IMG/VR virus record: IMGVR_UViG_3300046171_000241
DNA: 54,949 nt
Source: an uncultured virus (IMG/VR IMGVR_UViG_3300046171_000241)
Taxonomy: Duplodnaviria > Heunggongvirae > Uroviricota > Caudoviricetes
Strand: one strand, 5' to 3'
Shown here: in pieces, positions 45,621 through 54,949 of the stretch
Numbering within the stretch: position 1 is the first letter of the stretch
How the letters are laid out: each line of letters opens with the position of its first letter
Notes under the pieces: generated by a model
Told to the model about the DNA's origin: nothing
What the model saw: only the letters and a program-made list of their open reading frames with translations
Databases searched by the model: none
Position numbers and translations under genes: made by a program

Positions 45621-46814
45621 TCAAAGTTGGAATCCACTGAATGTGTCCTTTTTCACATCTTGCTTGATTCCACCAACAACATAAGACTCAACTTCAGTCT
45701 CCTGTGGTGCTACCTGAAGACCCTTAGAAGAGATCCAGTGCTGTGTCCAAGGCAATGGGTTTGCTGATGCTGCAATATCATATACAGGGACGCAGACCGA
45801 ATGCCTTTAAGACGACGATTAGCAATCCACTCAACATATTGTTGAAGGAGTTTATCATTGAGACCAATCATTGATCCATCTTGGAACAGATAATCTGCCC
45901 AACGTTTCTCTTCATTAACAGCTTTATCAAACTGTTTGTAAGTCCACTCCTCTTCTTCCTTCATGATCTGTGCCATTTCAGGATCATCACCCTTCTTCCA
46001 CTTGTTCAGAATGTTCTGGGTGATTGCCAAGTGTTGGTTCTCGTCTCTTGCAATGAGGGAGATAATTTTTGCTGAACCTTCCATAAGTTTGAGTTCACCG
46101 AAGGCGAAACTACAAGCAAAAGAAACATAAAAACGAATACCTTCTAGTATGTTGACATTTGCAACTGCTCTATAAAGTTTACGTTTAAGTTCATACTTAC
46201 CTTCCAGTGCATATGGAACTTGCTCTAATGCATGTTGCCAATCGTTTGAGTTATCATAATGATGAGCACTTTGAATAAAGTCATCATATGCTCCTGTAAC
46301 ACTTGCAGCACGTTCTAGAATACGTGGATCGGTGACAATCTTATCAAAGACCTCTGAAGGGTCTGAGTAGACGTTCTTGATGATATACGTATAGGAACGA
46401 CTATGGATCATCTCCATGAATCCCCATACTTCCATACATGCTTCCTAGTTCAGGTAAGGAACAGTAAGGAATGAATGCCATACCAGGACCACGACCCTGA
46501 ATAGAGTCAAGCATAATTTGATACTTCAAGTTAGAAGTATAGATATGCTTTTGTTCTGGACGGAGCAATTGATAGTCACCACGATCCTTCTGTAAGGAAA
46601 CCTCCTCAGGTCTCCAGAAGTATCCCAATTGTTGTGTGGTAAGTTTATCAAAGATAGGATACTTATATGAATCATACCTCTGGACACCCAAAGGTTTACC
46701 AAAGAACATTGGTTGTTTTTTGGTATCAACTTGTTCTGTGTTAAAGACAGTCATGCCCTTAACTTCTGTTTTCACGTTTTCCACTGATGATACCTTAAAC
46801 TGCACAGGATTCAC
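45621..46814 (-). CDS. nrdB: ribonucleotide reductase class Ia beta subunit (frameshifted in this sequence)
   Basis: FWRPEE, EMIHSRSY, LEGIRFYVSF, RDENQH and C-terminal APQETEVESY; breaks at ~46445 and ~45795. Confidence 0.93.
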
Positions 46815-49094
46815 ACTCTCCCTCCTCGGCGTGTTCTAGATCGGTTAACAAACTATCCAAATTTGGTTTCTCTTCTTCAACCTCATCACTCTTACTATCA
46901 TGAGTATTTTGATAGTAAGAAGTCTTCCAACCGTACTTATATGTAGTTAAGAAATCTTGCGCCATTACGGACACAGGAACTTCATTATCAGGATAGTTCT
47001 CTGGATTATAACTCCAGTTACCAGAAATTGCTTGGTCAAAGAATTTCTGCATCACAGGCAACAACATTAATGTAACCACGATTAGACTCATATCCCACAG
47101 AAGAGTATAGTTATTCTTCAGTGTTCCATATTGAGGAACAATCTGCTTAAGAGGTCCCTTCTTGGATTTTTTAATGGACAAGTAGTCTCTAGGTGGTTCG
47201 ATTCCATTGGTTGCATTTGACACAACGGAACTGCTTTCCGATGGCAATTGTGCGGACAATGTTGAGTGCCTGAGACCCGAAACTCGTTGATAGATGACCT
47301 AAGACCCTCCCAATCATGCACTAACTCCTGACTACAAATTTCATCGACATCCGTTCTTATATGTATCAATTGGCAAGAATTCCATCAGCATAATTTGTAC
47401 GACCAAAGTTTTCACACCATCCTTTCTCCTTTAGCAAGTTCGATTAGATGCTTTAAGAAGATAATATTGGAATGATTCAGAGAGCCATGACAGCATCCCA
47501 TGCCTCCGTGAGTCGATAGCTATACCCAAGTTTGCAAGGTATGTGCCTAGACCAAATAAATCCATACCCAAGTGATCTACGTGCCCTTTGTAGCGCGTTC
47601 TGCTGCCGATACAGGATACTCTTGATAATCAATCAACTTCCTCAAGACACGAACAGAGATGCACAAAGATTCTCCTCATTCATCGAACGAATTCTTTCCT
47701 ACATTAACAGCAGACAGAATACACAACGCAATCTCACCAATATCATCATCAATATGATTAATAGGATCTGTTGGCAAAGTAATCTCTTGACAGAGGTTAC
47801 TCATATTTACTTTATCCTTGAATGAGGAGTGAGTATTACAGTGATCGATGTTCATAAGATACAATCGACCAGTCTCTGCTCTTTCTTTCAGGATATCTAA
47901 GATAAGTTTTTGTGCCCCAATAGTTTTTCTTGGAACAGACTCATCTCGTTCAAGACTAACATATAAGTCATCGAACCTATCAGTACCAAAGGAATCATAC
48001 AGACCTGGTACATCATGCGGTGAGAACAAGCTAATCTCTCCATTCGCAATGAAACGTTCGTAGAAAAGTTTTGAAATTTGGATTGAGTAGTCAAGTTTGC
48101 GTACCCGATTGTCTTCTGTACCTTTGTTGTTTTTGAGAACAATGATGTCCTCTATTTCTTGGTGCCAGATAGGAAAGTGAACTGTAGCAGAACCACCTCT
48201 GATGCCGTTTTGAGTGCAGCATCGTACAGTTGATTCAAACTTTTTAAGGAAGGGGACCACGCCTGTGTGTTGTACCTCTCCACCTCTGATTTTAGCGTTG
48301 ATGCCACGGATTCGACCTGCGTTGATGCCGATTCCTGCGCGTTGTGCAACATATTTACCAATAGCCATGTCACTGCTAAAGATAGAATCGAGGGTGTCAT
48401 CAACATCAACGAGAACACAACTCGCAAACTGACGCAGTGGGGTTCTGACCCCTGCCATGATTGGCGTTGGGATGTTGAGTCTGTGTTTGAGATTGCGTCA
48501 TAATACCTTTTGACATAAGACATTCTAGTGTCTTTTGGATACTCTGCAAAAATTGTCAGAGCAATCATGATATACATGAACTGTGGAGTTTCATAAACTC
48601 CACCATTACTTCTATCTTGTACTAGGTATTTATCCACAACCTGTCCTTAGACCAGCATAAGTGAACATAAAATCACGGTCATGATCGATAAATCCATTTG
48701 CCTTATCAATTTCTTCTTTAGAATATTTGATAAAGATGCCCTTATCATAAACATCAGAATTAGTACAACTCATAATATGAGTTTCTAATGCAGGCATCTG
48801 GCGCATTTTTCCATACAAACTCTTTCGTACAGAAAAAAGTAGAAGTCTAGCAGCAACGAATTGGTAATTGGGATGGTCCAAATCAATCAAGTCGCTTGCA
48901 GACTTAATCAAAATCTCCTGGATTTCTCCAGTAGTAATTCCATCATAAAATTGGATACCAGATTTCATCTCAACCTGACTCGCAGAGACCCCTGCAAGAC
49001 CAGTACATGCCTCCTCAACCATAAGATGCATCTTATCCAGGTCTAAAGACTCAATACGTCCATCTCTCTTTTTAACTTTGGTGCCGTTGCTCAT
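46795..49094 (-). CDS. nrdA: ribonucleotide reductase class Ia alpha subunit (multiple frameshifts)
   Basis: ATP cone, ETPQ, ASCV, SNLCQEI, KTSYY and C-terminal CESC across several fragments. Confidence 0.93.
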
Positions 49095-50059
49095 ATTTTT
49101 TTCCAAGTGTTAAACTTAAGTTTTGCTTCTAAACCAGAATATGTATTTGATTCTATCACAGACTGCACGTCCAGTCCAGACATCACCATATCATTTATAT
49201 CTTTGTCATCTATGCTGTTTGGCCAGATGACTACGGAGTCGCCACTATCGATAGTGTTTCCAATTCGCCGGACGATTTCAATGTTCCTGGGTTCGTTATC
49301 ATATATCCAAACAGGATTGCTGATCCCCCAACGATCAACATTAGCATCAGCTCCACACATAGCAATCGAGTTGCGAATGAACGTGCTGTCAAAAGGTCCT
49401 TCTGTGATATAGACTGGAGCATCCTTTCTGATGTTATCAAGTCCGTAGATTTTTGGTGCGTCATCGTTAAGCATTACCGTGATGTATTTAACCTTACTCG
49501 GACCTAGAGATCTCCCCTGCAATCCAATTAAGTTCTTTTCATAATAAAGAGGAATAATAATTCTTTCTTCATCATATTTTGTATCTTCAAAAGTTTGTTT
49601 GAGTGTATTTACAAATTTCTTAAACCCTTCAGCATAATAAAATTGTGTTGAATCAAGTTTTCTTGCAGTTAGATATCCATCTGAACTAGGATTCTCTGAT
49701 GCCTTAGGCAATCGTATCTTTGTTTTAAACTTAGGAACCTCAAAGTGAAACTTAGGTTCTTCTACTACAGTTGCCCTACCAGTAGTTCCTTGTTTAAATC
49801 TCTCAAACACATATTGTTTATGAATTACAGGATCTAAATGTTTTATGAAACTACTGAAGGTCATAGATGACCCACAGTTGTGACATTTAAAGTTAACATC
49901 TGCCTTCATTGCATAGAGATACCCTCTCATCTTTGACTTATTCTTCTTAGAATCTCCGCAGATAGGACAACGAAAGTTGTACAGGTCTGACTTTACTCTT
50001 TTAAACTTCTGCAGTTTTGGAGATATAAGATTGATAAATTTTGAATCAATATGATTCAT
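49091..50059 (-). CDS. DNA primase (T4 gp61-like)
   Basis: RCPICGDS...CHNC zinc finger; TOPRIM EGPFDS and DNEPRN; KDIND. Confidence 0.93.
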   Translation of the reverse strand: MNHIDSKFINLISPKLQKFKRVKSDLYNFRCPICGDSKKNKSKMRGYLYAMKADVNFKCHNCGSSMTFSSFIKHLDPVIHKQYVFERFKQGTTGRATVVEEPKFHFEVPKFKTKIRLPKASENPSSDGYLTARKLDSTQFYYAEGFKKFVNTLKQTFEDTKYDEERIIIPLYYEKNLIGLQGRSLGPSKVKYITVMLNDDAPKIYGLDNIRKDAPVYITEGPFDSTFIRNSIAMCGADANVDRWGISNPVWIYDNEPRNIEIVRRIGNTIDSGDSVVIWPNSIDDKDINDMVMSGLDVQSVIESNTYSGLEAKLKFNTWKKI

Positions 50060-50447
50060 TCACAGAGGCTACTACTGGTGACAGTATAGCACTCTCTGTA
50101 GAAGAAATCAATGGTCTCAGGGTTTTGAGCGATTGTGGATTTGTTATAACAAGAATTGCTGCTAGTGCTCCCATACCAATCCAGAGTTTTTTCTCTAGTA
50201 ATGATAATCGTTTAGTAACACTGTCATGATCGCTGTCCATTTTATCACGGAGTTTGTCGATTTTATCAAACAATACTTCGTCAATCTCTTCTTGTTTAGA
50301 AATTCTCTGTTCATGGACCGCTAACATGCGCGACACATTATTATTTACCTCTGCAATTTTTTCTATTGCAGAGTCCAACCTTGAGACTAAAGTCTCAAAG
50401 TTTTCCAATCTTGTTTCTAGAACAGCAACCTTAACTTCTTCTTCCAT
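50046..50447 (-). CDS. coiled-coil protein with C-terminal TM helix
   Basis: Heptad repeats, MLAVHEQR and a transmembrane segment. Confidence 0.75.
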   Translation of the reverse strand: MEEEVKVAVLETRLENFETLVSRLDSAIEKIAEVNNNVSRMLAVHEQRISKQEEIDEVLFDKIDKLRDKMDSDHDSVTKRLSLLEKKLWIGMGALAAILVITNPQSLKTLRPLISSTESAILSPVVASVNESY

Positions 50448-50448
50448 A

Positions 50449-50619
50449 TTAAGGTTTCCAAGTTTTTCTTACGCCTTTCATATAGATGTATTTTTTCTTC
50501 TTCTTTAATCTTACTGGAGGATCATCACCTGCTTCAACAGTACCAGCAATTTTTCCCCCACCAACATTATTGGTAGGAGCAGACATTAATTGTTCTTGAA
50601 ACTGTTGAAAGGTTTTCAT
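50449..50619 (-). CDS. small protein with T4 internal-protein-like N-terminus
   Basis: MKTFQQFQE resembles the T4 capsid-targeting sequence; TAATG-coupled start. Confidence 0.6.
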   Translation of the reverse strand: MKTFQQFQEQLMSAPTNNVGGGKIAGTVEAGDDPPVRLKKKKKYIYMKGVRKTWKP

Positions 50620-50999
50620 TATTCCTTGTATATTGTTTGCAATTTTTCCAAACAATTCATATCAATTTGAACATCATGCATAAATGTTTTTGGTTGTTCT
50701 GGAAGTCTTCCAAGAAACAGTACAAAAGTTTTCATGGAAGACCACAAATCCTTTTCAATTTTAAAAAACAACATTGGAGTTGTTGCTTCGCCAAAGATAT
50801 TATAAAGAATAATGAAATGATTTAGAAGAAGATGAGTCTTTAATTGACCAGTATTCTTATACCGTTTCAATAATCTTTTAATATATTTAAAATGATTTAG
50901 ATCTTTATCAAAATCATCTTTTGTTACTGCTTGAGGGTTTTCATAATTTTGAATGGCAAAAAGAAGAAAATTATCCTCGTTCAATTCATTGAAATGCAT
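50619..50999 (-). CDS. conserved T4-like hypothetical protein
   Basis: FKYIKRLL and LLLNHFIILYNIFG. Confidence 0.75.
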   Translation of the reverse strand: MHFNELNEDNFLLFAIQNYENPQAVTKDDFDKDLNHFKYIKRLLKRYKNTGQLKTHLLLNHFIILYNIFGEATTPMLFFKIEKDLWSSMKTFVLFLGRLPEQPKTFMHDVQIDMNCLEKLQTIYKE

Positions 51000-51006
51000 A
51001 CACTAA

Positions 51007-51519
51007 TCAAGCAGGTGGATACAGAGGTACGTTACCAGTAGAGATTCCAGACATTGCAACTAGAATTTCTTTCTTAACTCTCTGAGTGCCGTTCATGTCA
51101 TTGTAAGTAGTGACACCAACCCAACCCACACCAGTTTCAAATGCAGTAGTGGCAGCTTGCTGAGATTCGAGTTTAGAAACACCATAAACGCGAGCATCAG
51201 TTCCAGTCTGAGTCTCACTGTAGTGAGAATCAAGAACAGTATACTTAGGAAGTTGACTGACGGTGAAGTCAGATCCAGAAATAGCAGCACCACTTAAACC
51301 TACGGTAGAACCGATGGTACATGAAGTTGCGCTTGCAATTGACTTAATTACAGCATCGCCAAAGTACGTTCCAGACTTTGTAAATCTGATTACATCACCA
51401 ACCTGAGCTGAACCAGCTGCTCCGAAGGCCGTTCCACTACCGGTTATAACACCAGTGGAGTAGTTAAGACCTACGGTGCCAGCTGAGGTTATATTGTCTT
51501 TATTGCCCCAAAGTGCCAT
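51007..51519 (-). CDS. putative virion structural protein
   Basis: MALWG...GWVGVTTY...RVKKEILVAMS; late promoter TATAAATA at 51553-51560. Confidence 0.7.
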   Translation of the reverse strand: MALWGNKDNITSAGTVGLNYSTGVITGSGTAFGAAGSAQVGDVIRFTKSGTYFGDAVIKSIASATSCTIGSTVGLSGAAISGSDFTVSQLPKYTVLDSHYSETQTGTDARVYGVSKLESQQAATTAFETGVGWVGVTTYNDMNGTQRVKKEILVAMSGISTGNVPLYPPA

Positions 51520-51578
51520 GTCTCGTTCTCTATAAAATGTTTTGCTAATTAATATTTATAAAAGGGATAGATTGCAGA

Positions 51579-51782
51579 TCAACCCTCTTCACGGGCAACC
51601 ATTGCCTTAGTAACAACCTCTAAAAGTTGATCATCCATATCGGTCTTGGTCAGCTTAACCGCTTTACCCAAGATAACAAGACAGATCTCAACCAACTTCT
51701 CACCGAGTTCCTCATTTTCCGGAATCTTGGCGACGGCATCTTGAATTACCTTTGCTGCTAATGGGAGTAAGAATGAAAGCAT
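51579..51782 (-). CDS. hypothetical protein
   Basis: 67-aa ORF with LTKTDMDDQLL. Confidence 0.7.
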   Translation of the reverse strand: MLSFLLPLAAKVIQDAVAKIPENEELGEKLVEICLVILGKAVKLTKTDMDDQLLEVVTKAMVAREEG

Positions 51783-51810
51783 GATGAACCTCGTTTGTAT
51801 ATTCTATATA

Positions 51811-52621
51811 TCAATCTTTGTTAGAAACATACCTTCCTAACTTCTTATCATAACGTTTTACTTCACCAGGACGTAAACGATCTCTTGCATCTTCAGCACG
51901 TTTATAAAACTTACCAAACTTCATTCTCTTATCTTGCTCTTTATGCTTCTTCTTTTCATCAGCATATTTTTTCATTTGCTTGGAGTCAGCATAATCAATT
52001 CTTTCATTTATATCACTCCTAGTGTATCCTTCATTCATCTTCTTGGTCTTCTTCTTCATCGTAGTTTATGAACTTTCTATAGACCTGCTGCCTTCTGAAG
52101 TCTTACCCATTTCTCTTGCTCTTTGTTCCATAGCAACTGCTGCCTGGATCTTGTGAGCATGAGATCTTGATGAATTGCGAATCTTAGAAACAGATGCTTT
52201 AGCAGTAGGCAACATCTTTAAACCCTAGACCATGAATAGTTCCCTTGGGATTTTCATCCGTATAAAGGTCAGAATGCTTTTTAGAGTTTGCAGGTTGTCC
52301 TTTCTTCCTGGGAATACGAGGATTTGATTCCTCGTTTACATCACCTTTCCTATCTCCCTTATGGAGATTCTTGAATAGATGTTTGTGAAGAGGTTTTGCT
52401 TTCTTAAGAATCTTATCTCTCTGAGAAAAGTCTGCTGCTTCTTTTGCAACTTTCTTTTCAGGAAGTTTCTTGTGCTTGGTTGATGCAAAGTCTTTCACAT
52501 CACTCTTCTTCATATCAGCAGCTGCCTTTGCAGTCTCTGGAGTAGTAGGTGCCATCTCACCTTTTTGGATGGCACGAACTATTCCAAAGAACCGTTGCTG
52601 CTTTTTAGATACCGCAGGCAT
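51811..52621 (-). CDS. modular basic protein with DUF3008-like N-terminus (frameshifted)
   Basis: MPAVSKKQQRFFG...FASTKHK; frames rejoin through KASVSKIRNSSRSHAHKIQAAVAMEQRA into ORF 51811-52059. Confidence 0.65.
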
Positions 52622-54496
52622 CAGTCACCTCTGTAATTAGAACCAGGGCGAGGACCAGTAGCATCAGTCATCTTCTGAGCATCAGTTCTGGTGTCCTTGG
52701 GGGCATTCTTCGCCATTTGTTTGATCTGAGCAGCACGTTGCTTCTGACGATCACCAGGTTGATATGGTTTTCTCTTTGCGTTTGCCTCGCGAGAGATTCT
52801 CATCTGGTCATCAATACTCAGTTCCTTTCCTTCACCCATCGCTTTGGTGGGTTCTTCAGACTTTTTTGCGCTTTTCAGTCCTTGCATTCTCTTGGTAGCA
52901 ATCATCTTATCAATCATTGCTTTCTTTTTTTGAAGAGCAACCTCTTGAGGAGACATTGATGCATCCTCTTTCATTTCTGCTGCTTTCTTCTTAAGTGCTG
53001 CTTTACGGAAAGCAAGATCGGTGCGACTTCCACTGTCCATCTTACCTTGGGACTTGGGTTTGGTCTTACCACCTACATCAGGTTGCATACCAGGGTTTGC
53101 TGCCTTGACTCTGCGACCATGGGTGTATTCAGCACCACTCATTTTGGAGTCGCCAGAAACCATCTTGCCACCAGAGGAGCGTGAGTCAGCATACTGCTTA
53201 TCGGTTTGACCGTGCTTGCCCTTGTAACCTTCCATTTCAACTTCTTCCATTTTGGCACCAGACTTATGTCTGGTTGTGCCTGCAGAATCAACATATGATT
53301 CTTTCTCCTTTCTAGGAGATACATAACCAACACCAGGAACTACACCAGTCTTTCCTGCTGCACGGGCAGCATTTCTGTCCGCTGCTCTCTGTGCTGCTCT
53401 CTTACGATTTCTATCATAAGAACTCATCGCTTCATCAACTTCAACTTCCTCTTTCTTGTACTGAGGATGGTCATCCATCTTCATACCACGCTTTTTCTCA
53501 AGACGTGCCTTACGCTCCGCAGTTCCCTTTTCAGGATCTACATCACGGACACCTTCCTTCATGTGGTCAGCAGCCTTGTAGTTCTTGTCGCCTGCTTTGT
53601 ACTTCTGGTATGCAGGAGTATTACCTGCCTTATCAGCATTAGTGACAGTCAAACGCTTATCAGTAGGTGCTGGTTTCTTGGTGCCGCCATAGACTGCCTC
53701 ACCAATAACCTCTTCACTCATACGATCAACAACCTTTTTGTGCCATCTTTCTGATGCCACGCTTTGCTGAAGTCTTTGCTCTTTGTGCTACAGGTGCTGC
53801 TGCTGCCTTTGCTTCTCTTGCTTTGTTATATGCTTTGACAGCAACCTTACCAAGGAAACCTTTTGCTTTCTTCTTAAGTTTATCTCTGGTTCTTTCAGCT
53901 TTAGGTCCTTCGGTGTCATGACCTACAGTCACCGTTGCTTCATTAAGAGCTTGCTCAAGTGCAGATTCTACATCATCTTCAGAGTATCCTTCCTCAATCA
54001 GTTCATCATATACTTCTTCTACAACACCCTCAAACTCATCAACTTCGATCTCCTCAAGGAGAGTTCCACCCATTTCCTCAACTGCTTCACCCATTGTAGG
54101 GTTGATTTTAACCTTGTTATTTACTTTCTTTTCTTTAATTGGTTTTGACTCAATGTCAGTCATAACCTCTGAAAGAGAATCTCTCCAATCAGATTTTGCA
54201 AATGACTCTTTTTTGATTGCCTTACCAATCGCCTTACGACGCTTCTTCAGATACTTGTCAGAAGAATCTACATCACCATCGTTATCAATATCTGCGTCTT
54301 CTTGTCCTACGGGATCAAGTTTCTTCTCTTCAAAATGAGGATTCTTCATTTGAGGACCCTTGGCAAGTTCTTTACGCGCCTTCTCATTGTTTGCCTGACG
54401 CTTCTTCATGTCAGGTTCAAGGTAGGTATCGTCTTTTTTCTCAGCGATCTGATTTAGATAAATTTTGGAAAGATCGTTCAGATTTGTTTCTGACAT
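52621..54496 (-). CDS. large charged modular protein (one frameshift at ~53737)
   Basis: ORFs 53726-54496 and 52621-53760 join if one A is removed from a homopolymer (AQKVVDRMSEE); DxDxDGD motif. Confidence 0.65.
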
Positions 54497-54508
54497 GGTA
54501 ATACTATC

Positions 54509-54949
54509 TTACTTTTTAGCCTTAAACTTATTTATGAAGTTCTTAATATCAGAAGTTCCAGTCATTCTCATCACATATTTACGATGGGCATCAGTTCCAA
54601 CAAGTCTCTGATCCGAATCAACACCTGATGGACCTGGGTAATTTACAACTGCTTCCATTACATCCTTGATCCAAGATTTAAACATGTAATCTTCTTTAGT
54701 CACACAAATCAAATGATTAGTTCCGCGACGAACAATTTTACCAATCAAACCAGTATGAAGACTCTCTACAATATCACCAAGATTAAAAATGTTTCCTGAA
54801 ACGTAATTATCTCTCAAACCTTTAGGATCACACTTAGGAGCGATCTGCCACATCTCTTTAACTTCTTTCTTCTTCTTAATCTTCATACCACCACGAACTG
54901 CATCAAACAGTGCCTGGGTATCACCATCGTCTAGTTCCTTTGGAGTACC
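54509..54949 (-). CDS. C-terminal part of a conserved cyanophage protein (5' end outside window)
   Basis: Frame is open to the window edge; LRDNY..G.IF..GD and IVRRGTNHLICVT SH3-like module. Confidence 0.65.
   Translation of the reverse strand, partial: GTPKELDDGDTQALFDAVRGGMKIKKKKEVKEMWQIAPKCDPKGLRDNYVSGNIFNLGDIVESLHTGLIGKIVRRGTNHLICVTKEDYMFKSWIKDVMEAVVNYPGPSGVDSDQRLVGTDAHRKYVMRMTGTSDIKNFINKFKAKK

Noticed and set aside
46795..49094. Naturally split nrdA, intein or intron
   Set aside because: The total span matches a normal NrdA and the fragments are collinear with no inserted element.
53726..53760. Programmed frameshift joining the two large ORFs
   Set aside because: A single extra A in a homopolymer, with no canonical slippery heptamer or stimulator, is more likely an error.
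1..54949. CRISPR array, IS/transposase, integrase, reverse transcriptase/DGR or rRNA
   Set aside because: No regularly spaced repeats or matching protein motifs were seen by eye. Short dispersed repeats could have been missed without a dot plot.

Overview
This window is a 55 kb segment of a T4-like marine cyanomyovirus genome (host most likely Synechococcus), coded almost entirely on the minus strand. It has four main blocks. (1) Core nucleotide and replication genes: thyX, glutaredoxins, nrdA/nrdB and the gp61 primase. (2) A photosynthesis/carbon auxiliary-gene block: talC, psbD, psbA, zwf, gnd, ptox, petE, two hli, and an ndhP-like microgene missed by the ORF track. (3) A ~15.3 kb surface-polysaccharide island. 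(4) An 8-tRNA array interleaved with structured non-tRNA elements. Likely cis-regulatory RNAs are a tandem glutamine (glnA-type) riboswitch with an NtcA-like box ahead of a DUF4278 gene, a PhotoRC-II-like psbA leader, a wcaG-like RNA and a manA-like RNA. Many conserved genes (psbA, nrdA, nrdB, an epimerase) carry patchy indels that look like sequencing or assembly errors, so recoding claims need caution. The best leads are the nitrogen-sensing module, the inter-tRNA mini-RNAs, modular putative capsid-packaged polyproteins, a candidate -1 frameshift microgene, and an AUA-started gene in the only plus-strand operon. Family and Rfam assignments come from motif recognition, not database searches.
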